Below, one piece after another: positions 1 to 11,860 of a stretch of 64,000 nt of DNA. The stretch is from contig CM052816.1 of NCBI GenBank assembly GCA_028534125.1, positions 33,606,001-33,670,000 of the forward strand, written 5' to 3'. Source of the DNA: Lama glama. Its lineage: Eukaryota. The stretch's first letter is position 1. Every line of letters begins with the position of its first letter. The notes beneath the pieces are model-generated. The model did no database searches and was not told where the DNA came from. It was given only the letters and a program-made list of their open reading frames with translations. Position numbers and translations under genes: made by a program.

Positions 1-134
1 CTTTTCTATAAAGAAGAGGAATCCTGGTCCCTCAGATTACACCCAGTCCATGATCACCTGCTTTGTATTATGGTGAGGCTGGCCATTTAAGCAACTGATT
101 GCAATGTAGGAGTAATGGAATCCATAGATCAACA

Positions 135-295
135 GCAAATGTTCTCATTTTGGCTGCACAATAGAATCACCTGGGACACTTTTTAAATATTTGAAGCTCA
201 GGTAACAGCCCAGATCAATTAAACCAGAAGCTCTTGGGATAAGGCCAAGGCATTAGTAATTTATAAACTGCCCCTGTGATTACTGTGTACAACCT
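135..295. mobile_element. MER5-like hAT-Charlie DNA transposon remnant
   Basis: GGCTGCACAATAGAATCACCTGG...CAATTAAACCAGAA motif recognised from memory. Confidence 0.65.
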
Positions 296-740
296 CTACC
301 AAAAGCTCTGTGGCCATAGCATTTAAACTCACCTAATCAGTTTTCTGATGGTTCTTCTACAAGACAGTTTCTTCATCTAAAAATTTTTGCTCATTGATAA
401 TAAAAACATATATATAAATATAATATATATTTAATGCATATAAATAAATCATTGGCATTGCCTTGAATATTATTTTCTTATAGCATGAATTGAAAGATGA
501 GTAAAAAAAGAAATAAATGCAGTTTGTGTTATAAACCCCCCAAAAAAGAAAGATAAACACATGCAACTGATGTTTACATTACTATCCAAACATGTATTTC
601 TCATTCTAAGTAAAACTGACTAGTAGAAAGTCAAGCTAATATAATTAATGACAGAAAATATTGATCAAAAAATTTCCTCACTCAGTGCCTCAAATTTAAG
701 GGATTTCTTCCGATCAGGAATCTTCACCTGTTAGGTGGTT

Positions 741-771
741 TCGCCATCTACTGGAAAAATGTGATATTGCG
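741..771 (-). promoter_or_regulatory. CTCF binding site with upstream (U) motif
   Basis: Minus strand reads GCAATATC-ACATTTTT-CCAGTAGATGGCGA: core CCASYAGRKGGCR plus a TGCAGTACC-like motif at the usual spacing. Confidence 0.7.
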
Positions 772-1711
772 CCTCACTCCTTGCATCCAGAGGAGACACT
801 CCTGGCAAAACATGAGCGCTATCCTCCACTAACAACCAATGTGGAGTAAGAATGCCTCTGCCCATAAGGGGCCTATGATTTACTTGAGGGGATGTATGTT
901 GTTTCTGGCCCCATACACATATTCAGCTACCCTCCAAGTAGTCTTGGCTCTTTAGTAGAGGCTAGTACTAGCAAATCTGATGCCAGATGTGAATGTGAAA
1001 ATTGGTGGTAAACCAAATTGTGCTTCGATACTGAGAAAGTATTTATGGAGAAAATTTTAAAATTTTCCTGTGGATTAAACTAAAATATCAAAGATTTACA
1101 GATCCAGACTATATTAAATTATAAGCCTCTCCTGATTTCTTAAATTATTATTAAATTACACTTTGCTATTATCAGCCTAACTGGAAGGACACTGTAACAA
1201 ACACTGAGTTGCCTTCTCCACATCCACTCACCCTTTCTACCACATTAACAGAATTCCAGTTTTGTTCCAAGCAAAATCGTTCCAAGCTACAAAACTCAAT
1301 GTCTAACACTCCATCCCCTTATTAGGGCCTCCATATGACACAATTCCCAACAATGGGATGTAAATAACATTCTGATAGTAAAACAATAATCTTTTATTCC
1401 TTACTAACCAAATCCAGTTTTTTTCCAAACTAGCAATGTGTCCAAGAGTTGGGAACACAGTGACTGATTAGTTTCGCTTTTTCACATTAACTTCTAGAAG
1501 GCTGAGCCAAGCATGCAGCTCTTCTTTAACAAGGAGGGCTCTGTAATGTGCAGTAGTTCTAGTTTCACTTTACATCTCCACAAAAGATTTTCATTTTTCT
1601 TTTCACCTGTTTCCACAAACACTATTTTGCTGCACTTATCCCATTAAACCACCTTAAATTTTTTCTAAAATAAACCCTATAGAAGAAGAAACAAGGAGGG
1701 TCAAAATACAT

Positions 1712-1766
1712 AGAAAAAGAGCAAAGAAGAGAGGAAAAGGAGAGAAAGAGAGAAAGAGAGAAAGAG

Positions 1767-1821
<55 letters not shown>

Positions 1822-2036
1822 AGAAGGAAGGGAGGAAGGGAGGAAGGAAGGAAGAGGGAGGAAGAGAGGGAGGAAGAAAAAGAAGGGAAAAGAAAGGGAG
1901 AGGGGAAGGGAGAAAGAGAGGAAGGAAGGAAAGGAAGGAGAGAGGGAGGTAAGAAGAGAGAGACAGACAAGGAAAAAAGGGGAAGAAAGGGAGGAAGAAG
2001 AGACAGGGGGAGGAAGGGATAGAAGAGAGAGAAAGT
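1712..2036 (+). repeat. Polypurine tract with (GAAA)13 microsatellite and degenerate GGAA/GA repeats
   Basis: About 325 nt almost entirely A/G; perfect GAAA array at 1768-1819. Confidence 0.95.
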
Positions 2037-3707
2037 GATGTAAAACACAATTAAGTAAGGGGAAATATGTAGGTCCAAACCTATGAGGGAACAATAAATG
2101 CCATCACCATTGATGACTCACTGTAAGAATTAAGCAACATGGTTTACAAAGTAAGACTGATAAATGATGGGAGAATTTATAAAGGGATACAAACATAAAA
2201 GTAACTTCCTGAGGTATATGATTATAGTTTCAAGCTTTTCAAATACCCATTCTCTCAATCCTTGGTGTCATAGAGGAAATTACCTTGATATAGTGGTTGC
2301 CTGTGAGTACACAATCTAGGGGCAAGTGCCTGTGGCCAAAGTGTAGCTCAACAATTAGCTTGATGAGAAGCTATGGGTTTTAATCTGTCAGAGAATAGGT
2401 AGGGCCAGAATAGCTGGCACTAATGGGTGGCTGACTTCAGGTCTCACAAATACTGGGCATCCAGTGTATAGTTCGTGTATTCTAACTATTTAGTGCCTAC
2501 TTGTTCCTTCCATCGCTTTTTATCTGTGTTCACACAGATTCTCTACTTCCTCTGTCTAACGTATCTCATGGGTCACCAACCTACTTATCTCTTTTTAATA
2601 AAGATAAGTTTTTTCCATCCATTTCTTTTTTATCTCATTCTCTATGACAAAATTTAATATCCTTAAATAATGGGGAAAATTCACATTACATCTGGCATGT
2701 TTTATCTTAACAATGTTCCTTTCTACATTCTGATATAAGAAGGGGGAAATGTCTAGCTTTGAATTTAGCTTAATGCAGCTCACTAAAATAAGTGTATAGA
2801 ACAATTTAAACAAAAGCCTAGTATATAGAATATATACTAATATCTATCTATACCTTAATTTGGCTTCTCAGATATATTTCACTACACAGTAATTCTCCTA
2901 TTTTCACAAGGGTAACATTGAATTTCTTTAGGTATTTCCTTGTAATTCTATACCAGTTTTATATACAATTGGCTGTAGTTCAACTTTCTCAACTGAATAT
3001 TCTATGAAAGGTCCAAGAAGACTTCGGACAAAACATCTTTTAACTGGACTTTTACAATTTAGTAAATTGTTAAGTATTACTTCAGACTTTCTTCACTGTC
3101 ATGACTCACTACAATTTCTGATTGTATTTCTGTTATCCATTTCTGATCCCATAAAGCTATTTCATCTTTATATAAATACCAGGTTATTACTGCTCCTCCC
3201 AAATTTTTTTCCTACAAATAACTACAGTTCTCAGAGTTACTAGGAATAGGCAATTGACAGACATGTTCTGTTACAAAATGGCATAAAACAGTTTTATGTC
3301 CTAGTTCCACTTATCTTTATCAAAATAACTAGATACATTTTTGGAGGAACCAGATCCACAGCTTCTAGCCACGGCTAAGAGGTAGACTAATGCTCTGTTC
3401 TACGTTTATGGCAGAGAAATGAGGTGTGGTTTCAAGAAGAAACAGAGACTTTCTGGTCAACTGTTGTTGGAAGAACTAAATATTAACGATTCACAATAAA
3501 ACCATGATTATATAAGATATTCCTCAGTATTCATACTGGCAATAAAAGTAGAGACTAACACCTATGTCAACACATGCTATGGGCCTGGCAGTAAGTAATG
3601 CTATTAAATAAACAAGTCAATTAATTTAGCAATCTAAAGGTATATTTTGCAATTTACTCATCTGAAAGGTAAAAATTTCTGTCCAAAATCAATCACTATA
3701 TAGATGC

Positions 3708-4079
3708 TCTCTTAGTCAATTTGGGATGCTGTTAACCGACTACCATAGACAGGGTGGTTCAAATGACAGACATTTATTTCTCACAGTTCTAGAGGCTGGG
3801 AAGTCCAAGGTCATGGAGCCCGTAGGTCTGATCTGGGGAAGGCCCTCTTCCTGTTTTGGAGACAGCTATCCTTCTCCTTGCATCCTCACATGGTAGAATG
3901 CAGAGGAGAGGAAACAAGCTCTCTCGTGTCTCCTCTTAAAAAGGCACTAAATGAGGGTTCCACTCCTATGACCTAATCATTTCCCAAAGCCTCCATCCCC
4001 TAATACCATCACACTGGGGAGGAGGGGTAGGATATCAACATGTGAATTTGGCTGGAACACAAAGATTCAGTTCATAACA
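3708..4079 (-). mobile_element. Solo MaLR LTR (MLT1A/B- or MST-like)
   Basis: Diagnostic ATTTATTTCTCACAGTTCTAGAGGCTGGGAAGTCCAAG; ends in CATAACA; 5-bp TSD GATGC / GACGC. Confidence 0.85.
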
Positions 4080-6009
4080 GACGCTGAAGAGTATGGATTA
4101 GTTTTGGGAATGCTGTTTGCAGTGATGGAGGTGCCCAGTTAGTGACAACTGATTTCAGTTGGCCATATTCCAGGCCAAGGTGTTTTCTTCTCTTGTTTAT
4201 TGAATGAGTGCTTGTCTTTTAGGATTTTTGGTGTTCTGGTAAAGAATAACTGTTAAGAAAAAGTATTCAAACTTTGAAATAAGGCAAAAAGATACTTTAT
4301 ACCTTCTGAACGCCATACTATAGCACTGTCTAAGAAGACACACTAACAAAGGTCATGTAAAGGAAAGTGACTTGGACATAAAAACTTTTGATTAAGGTCC
4401 CAGTTCTGTAAAGTTATTTATTTACTTGGAGAAGACTGGTAAATTACAATTTTTTTTGTCCAGTAGAGATGCAAGTAACTTCTTTTTGAAGAAAAGTTAT
4501 CCCGAAGTTTGAAATTTACTGCTCCATAGAACATTAACTAGTTTTATATCTGAGGAATTGATCTTGGCAGACTTTTACTTTTTTTCAGTCTCCTGTATCC
4601 TCTTTGAACCAGCTTTACTTTCCTAACAATTCCACCATTAATGAGTGAAATATAACTTTCACATGTGCTCATCATATACTTGTATGAGTTTTATATATTT
4701 TAAGTTATATTTAATCATACTCCTCCACCATAGTACAAATGAAATTAGAAAACAGAAAGATAATATACTCAAAATACCTACTCTCTTTACTGGAAAATAT
4801 GACTAGAGACCATGGCATTAGAACTATAGTCAAATGGTCCTGCCAGTACTTCACTCTCGAATTTAACTCACTTGCTCACCTAGTTCCTGGCAGAACTGGA
4901 CAGCTTCAGCCCTCTCAGTGTCTCCACTCTCCAGAGGCAGGCCACATTTACCAAGTGGCAGACTACAGACAATAACACTCTAAAGGTAGAGGAATGGGGA
5001 AAGGAGCAGAGCTGAGCATGCACAATTTCTCCTCCCATATCCATCAACCAGATAAAGTCACTCATCCTTCCCTGGGGAAGAGTTATAAGTAGGAGGAGAG
5101 AGGCAAGGAATGAAGAGTAAATGTTAGATCATTGCTGCCACAATTCAGCAGATCTGATTATCCTATCCCCGTGTGGAAATGGAGTGACCCTCCAGCCTGG
5201 AGAAAAGCACAAGCCAGGTCTTTGCCATAATAAATGTAATGATTGCTACCTACATAAGTAGCATCTTAACTATATACCACGCAATAATATGAAATACATT
5301 TATATTGGGCCCTTACAAGATATATCAATCAATTCATATACTGTCAAAAGAAGTAAGTTTTATTCAACTTTAACTTCTAGCAAAGCTCAGAGTTGGTCCA
5401 CAGGCATGTATTAAATGAATGAATGAATGATGCACAGGATGTGATTTCAGCATATTAGGGGAAGCTAAATTTTTTCCTACAAGCAAAGTGGAGAGTCTAG
5501 TCAGATAGTATGGCATGTGTCTGCACCATGGCAGCTACTGAGGTAGTTTCTTGAAAGAATGGTAACTACATCAGCTTAAGACTAAAAATAACATCTGGAG
5601 GATACTAATCCTTCCTTCTGCCTCTGAATTTCATCCAAATTGTCCCATTCTGATGTCTTCAGAGGCAGGCCACATTTACAGTGTGGCAGACTACAGACAG
5701 TAACACTCTCTAAAGATAGAGGAATAGGGAAAGTAATGAGTATCATTAAGGTCCTTCAATGAAGGAGATTGCACATGTTCCCTTGCAAAAAAACTCCATG
5801 TCCCTTAATCTTACAGTTGAAAATTTCTAGAAGTCCATTTGAAATCCTCTCTGCTCCAAAACAAATTCAATCTTATTTTCTCTTCAGAAAAAGAATAAAC
5901 TTTTGTTAGAGAAATCTCACCTTTGCAAAATATATGCTCTCTTTTCACAATTTGCATGAAATCTACTTCAGTTAATCTGAATCCTTTTAAAAAGGAAATT
6001 TAAACAACC

Positions 6010-6460
6010 TCAAACTAGATACAACCAAAAAATCTATAAATTTAAAAAATGGTTAGTATATGAAGTTAGTATATGAAGGACTACTGTGTAGCAATAAAAA
6101 GGAAAAACTACTGACACACACAAAAATATGGGTAAGTCTCAAGACATTATGTAGAGTGAAAGAAGCTAAACACAAAAAAGTACACATGGTATGATTCTAT
6201 CTACACTAAATCTAAGAACAGGCAACACTAATCTTTGGTTATAGAAACCAAAACAGTAGTTGCCTCTGAGATGTGTGTGTAGAGGAGAAGGGAACTGACT
6301 GGAAAAGGACAAGAGGCAATATTCTGGGATGATGGGAATGTTCTATAACTTGTTTTCTTTAATAGTTTCATGAGTCTGTATAATTGCCAAAATTTATTGA
6401 ACAGAATACTTAATATCCATGTAATTAAATATATGTAAATTAAACTCCAAGAAGAAAACT
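6010..6460 (+). mobile_element. Old L1 3' end (L1MB/MC-type)
   Basis: L1 3' UTR motifs (AGTACACATGGTATGATTC, GGGATGATGGGAATGTTCTATA). Confidence 0.75.
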
Positions 6461-6799
6461 GAGATAAGAAAATAAAGGGTTGTCACAGACATGGCCAGCA
6501 GCCTTGCCAACCCTTTCCATAATTCAAGGACCCTGAAGTTTCAATTGCCTTCTTGAAAGCTGAAAAGCTTGTAGCTAAACAAACAATCAATTCTGGCTGG
6601 CTATACTTTTCTCTCCTCTGGAGAGAAGGAAGTCAGTTTCCAAATAATTCTGTACTCCTGAGTGTGCTGGGCTCTGAAGGGGATTAAAGGCAGTAATTAA
6701 TGAGCTCTACTCTCTATTACCCATGCTGTTTTTCTGATCTTCTTCTGAAACAAACAGATCTACAGGGCAATCACGTGTGAACTTTTCACAGCTATCCTG

Positions 6800-7870
6800 G
6801 CACCGGATCAGCCAAAGGGTTCTCCAGTTGATGACAAAATTAATAGGTATCTTTGCACTATGTGAATATCACTGAAGGGTATCCATGGCAGAGGAAGTTT
6901 TCAATAATGAAGTGGACAAGAAGACACATTCTGTAGATGTCAGCTGGCCTCTTTCCCCAGCCACCCTAATGCTTGTTTAAAGTGCCCGTGTACAAAATGG
7001 CCATGGCAGCAGGGTGGAAGGCAACGTATAGGCTTAAAACAATGCATAGGCTGATCAGGCTACTGCTACTGCTGGGCTTTGTTTGTGCACAGCAGAGACT
7101 GATGCTGAGCCCCTGATATGCCAGTACTTCCTGAGGGAACCCAGCCAGTCACCCAGTGGCAGGTTAGATATATTGGACCTCTTCCATTGTGGAGAGGGCA
7201 GCAATTTTTCCTCACTAGAATAGACTCATATTCCAGATATGCAATTGTGTTGCTTGTCTTTAATACTTCTGTCAGGACTACCATGTTTGAACTTATGGAG
7301 TGCCTTGTTCACCACAATGATATTCCCACAACATGACTTCAGATCAAGAAAGTCATGTCATGACAAAAGAAGTACACCAATGGGCTCATGCTTATGGACT
7401 TCACTGGTCTTCCCATGACCCTGAAACTACAGAAGAATGACCTGATAGAGGTGGTGGGAGAGTTTACTTAAGACTCAGTTATGATGCTAGTTGAGAGACA
7501 ATGTCCTGAAAGGATGGACATTATCTTGCAGAAGGCAGTATATGTTTTGATTCAACAACCAATATATGGTGTTGTTTCTCCCATAATCAAAAATGTCTGA
7601 ATCTGAGAATTAAGTGGTGGAAGTGGGAGTGAGCGACCTATTACATTTCATAACCTCTCTCAGAGTGCTTGCTTCCCCTCCCCTCAACTCTGAGCAGTTC
7701 TGGTTTGGAAGTCTTGATTCCTAGGGAGGAATGCTTCTACCAGGGAAAAAATCAAATTGAAATGGAAGCTGAGACTCCATCTACCTTCTAGGCCCCTTGT
7801 GCCACCAAACTTACAGACAAAAGGAGGGAAAGGAGATGCTGTACTACCTGGCTGATTTCTCCTAATCACC
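6800..7870 (+). mobile_element. Degenerate ERVL internal (pol RNase H/integrase) fragment
   Basis: ORF 7118-7336 reads WQVRYIGPLP...LTRIDSYSRY, resembling the ERVL integrase motif WQxDYIGPLP...TGxDTYSGY; interrupted by stops and frameshifts. Confidence 0.8.
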
Positions 7871-9493
7871 ACAGGGAATTATGTGACTTCTATTTCCCTG
7901 GGGACAGGGAAGACTGGGATTCTCTCCAGAGTCCTGTCAGGCTCCACTAACAAGAGGCTGCTGAAAGAAGACTACAAGACTGTAAGGATAGAGTGGGAAG
8001 AGGAGACATTCTCTTTCTTATTTGCTTATCTGCTCCAGTCACCAGCCTCCCAGCAACATTTATTTGACCCAGAAGCAGCAATTTATTCCAGAAGCAATGG
8101 CTGATTCCAGTTTGCAGCTTTTCCAGACTACTAGGGCCTCATAGCTTCACAACGTTCACTCAGACACACCAGCATTAGTTGGCCAATGCATCCTCCTTAG
8201 AGATCTGGTGTATCTCCGTGTGGCACCTCCAAGTTTTTGAGGCACAAATACCAGCCAGGCTGCACCACTGTCCTCAGAGTTCTGAATTCCAGATCCATAG
8301 ACACCAGCAGCATTTGGACAGGATACGTGCCTCAGAGATCCACTAATCTGCTCCACAAGGCCCCTTTTCCAAGCTTCTAAATTTTAATAATTCCAAACTT
8401 TCCCCCTTATTTCTCTGATCTACAAGTGGGTAGCTTCTGAATGAACCTTAACTGAACTGCTTGTTAGTGTTGTTCCTCTAGCATAAACACAACTAAGGAA
8501 GCATCTAATGATGAATAGTATTTTCTAAAGTCTGTTTCCATCAAAACCTTTCAGATATTAAGTGTCTACCTTTGCATCAGATCCCCATACTATATGTTTT
8601 TGATACATAATTCTCAATGTTGGGAAGAAAAGTGAGCTAAATTAGCTTAAAAATATGTGTTGAAATTAAACAGTATTTTTAGAAATAAGTTGACAATCTG
8701 AGGATAAAGTCCTGCACAAAACAGAAAAAAAAAGGTCAAAGACTGATATAAACAGACAGATCAACTAGTATTGACAACTGGTGTCCACAAGACATAACAG
8801 AAAGAAAATCTCTGGTTCTTTGCATGTGACAAATGTGTAATATGGTTGTCCTATAATGAACAGAATATCAACAATAAGTAAGGATAACTTCAAGGAAACA
8901 CAGTGTAGGTTCAACAAAGACTAAGATACCTGACCATCCTATGCAATATAAAGACTTGGTGTACTAAGATGCAGGTGTACAAGGCTAACTGGGACCTCTG
9001 GTGGACTAGACCACCTCAAAGGAGGCATTAGGTAGGCACCCAGGTGAAATCAGAGGGAACAAAGAAAGACAGATTTACAATTGTGAGAAATTTTATAGAA
9101 CCAGTCTTCCATGTTTGAGAACTTGTGGGGCATTGCAGACCTGCTGTCTCTCTCTCTGGAAAAAGGCAGAGGCTCACTCAGGCGTGCCAACATGACATAG
9201 CCAGGAATGAGGACCATGTACTAAGCTATTTCTCACACTGCTCCCCAATCCAGGAGGGTTAGGCCTCTCACAGGCCAGAATAGTATAGGAAATCAACTCT
9301 CAATATAACCTTATGAGGCAGAATTCTTTTTATTCTCTTTACAGATGAGGAAATTGAGAGACAAAGAAATTAAGGTCCTTGAGCTAGCAAGTGGCAGAGC
9401 TCTGCTTAGAGCCAGGTGCTTCTGATTACAAAGTCTTCTAATGTCATGTTTTGTGCCAAACTCTAAGTTCAAAGTGGAGACAGTTTAGGTGAC

Positions 9494-9965
9494 TGAAGGT
9501 TAGCAGAATATGCCATTTGGGCATAAGGATTATTTTGAGCTAAAGCTCTTGAAAAACAGCAGGTGCAAGAAAAGTGCTTTAACCTCTGCTTTTATTCTTG
9601 AAAACAAGAGATAAAACTACCATGTAAAGACTGGCCTTCTTATCTTGGGAGAAAGAAACATTATTATCACCAGAGACTGGAAGTCAAGACAGAGAATTCT
9701 GTACAAGCAGATCTTGTTAAAATACTTCTTTAAGCCTCCCCTTATATTTAGTTACTTTCCCATAATCACCTCTCTTTGTTCAACTTACTATAAGAGCATT
9801 TAGGTCATTTGCCACTTCTGTGGGTTTTCATTTCCTTATGAGGATTCTCCTGTCACATAAAACTTGAATGTAATAAATCTGTATGCTTTTCTCCTATTAA
9901 CTGCTTTTATGTCAATTTAATTCTCAGGCCCAGCCAGAGATTCTAAGAGTGGATCCCTAACTACA
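9494..9965 (+). mobile_element. Solo ERV1-class LTR (MER34-like)
   Basis: TG...CA ends, GGCATAAGGATTATTTTGAGCT motif, TATA-like TATAAG (~9789), AATAAA (~9872). Confidence 0.65.
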
Positions 9966-11289
9966 ATTGGCAATTCCATTTTCCATAGCCAACAACTTTC
10001 TGGTTGTCATGAAAAAGTGCCAAACAATATGGGTTTTTAAAGAGGCAGTTTAGCAGCAACTATTTCGAAGTTAGGAGAAGAAAGAGGTATATTTTTAAGT
10101 CTCTATAATAAGTTTGATGAGAAAAACACAGAATACTCTATATTCTATGTTATTCACATTTGTTTTTTCAGAATTCACTTAAAAATGTAGCATTAGTTGT
10201 TCCTGGAAAGTGATGTGACGTGTTTTCCCTCCTTAAAATATGTCATTTCCCTTTCTGTCACTTCCTTAATGGAAAGCAAATTTTATTATGTCTTTTATTT
10301 TAAAAGTAAACATTCTTTTTTTCTGAATATAGCATATTTCCATGGAGATGATATTGAGATGGCTTTTAATTCAATATAAATCCATGGAAAATGTTCTGAA
10401 ACCTTCCCTAGCATCTTCTAACATTAACAATTTTACATGTTTAGATGAGTGACCGATAAGGAATCAGCTGCTTGCCATCCCCTGATTGAAATATCCTTTC
10501 AATCCTTAATTTTCACAAGGTGTTGCTACCGACAGATGAGGTGCTGAGAAAATGACTCATCAGCACTTTGCCCACACATACTGGACTAGACCTGAGTGAG
10601 ACTGCTTTAAGTTCTTCATGCTGAATAAGCACAGGCCTCCAAGAATCAGCAGAGGGCACTCTGACCCAGCCAAGGTGTGGCTATGCTATCATGGGTTTAT
10701 GCATGTGCCCCAACTCATCGAGACGTATACATTATATGTATGTAACTTTTTATATCAATTATACCTCAATAAACCTCAAAAAAACAACTCTGTGAGCAGA
10801 TACTATGTTTATACTGACACTGCAACGTGAGGACCCGAGGATAGTGGGTCACTTGAGAGCAACAAGACCATCTGATACCAGCCCTTTAGTTGAAGGAAGC
10901 CTGGAATTTAGTCAGCTATTAAAAAGCAAATTTATACAGGAGAACAGGGTCACACCTTGTTACAAATGTCACTTTTGGCTTTAAATCTTACCTTCTGGAT
11001 TATTTTCTAAGAACCATACTGCTGCCAATCTGAGAAGAGTTGTGTTCATCACTCATAGCTACTCAGAAAGAAAGAGCCAGTCTCACACGGCAGAATACTG
11101 AACTATGTGGATGAGTTTCATTCCTTAATATCCATTCACTTTCACTTCATACTAAAATATTTGACTACTGTTATATATACACCAAATTTCTTTCATTTAA
11201 ATCATATTTAACCCATAATTCAATAAAAACAATTTCCAGTAAACCACAAATGATGTAGTTTTTGTCTTTGGTATTATGAACCAAAGACA

Positions 11290-11860
11290 GTGTCCACTGC
11301 CAATGTTACAGCAATGTCTGCCATTTCTTCCTTCCTAACAGCATCCCAGTTTCATGTTTAGATAGTGTCCTTTGCTCTCTTTCTCAGCCCTGGGGTATAA
11401 ATTATGTTTGATCTAAGTTAGTCATTTCTCTTGATCAGTGACTGGCCAAGTGGTAGTTCTGTGAGCCAGTTCTGTCCAGTGACACTTAAGGAGAATCTGT
11501 TTAGGTGGTGATTAGTGGTCTTTCCTATTAAAAGAACAAAGCCTCAGAAGGATAAATAATTTTGCTTCTCTTCCTTCTTTCCTTCTTGGAAAGATTTTAC
11601 AAAGTCTGATGTCTACAGTTGCTGGCAACCATCTTGAGACCACAAAATGACAGGCATGAGGAACCTTGCTCCCATCATACAAAATAAAAACCAGAGGGAA
11701 AAAACCCTATGTCCTTTACAGCACCTTTAAATAATTTAACCAATGTGAATAAATGCCTACCTCTAGATTTCTTGACGTATGAGAAAAATAAGTCCCCATT
11801 TGTTCTAATCATGGTTAGTTGGGACTTTGTTACTTAATCCTCAAATTATTTTTAACTGAT
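11290..11860 (+). mobile_element. Old MLT1(J/K)-type MaLR LTR
   Basis: Recognisable MLT1 blocks (CCAGTTCTGTCCAGTGA, GCAACCATCTTGAGACCA, TTTGTTACTT...AACTGATA). Confidence 0.6.

Noticed and set aside
1622..2094. Three overlapping 125-146 aa F/L/S/P-rich ORFs
   Set aside because: Artefacts of the stop-free polypyrimidine strand of the GAAA/GGAA repeat.
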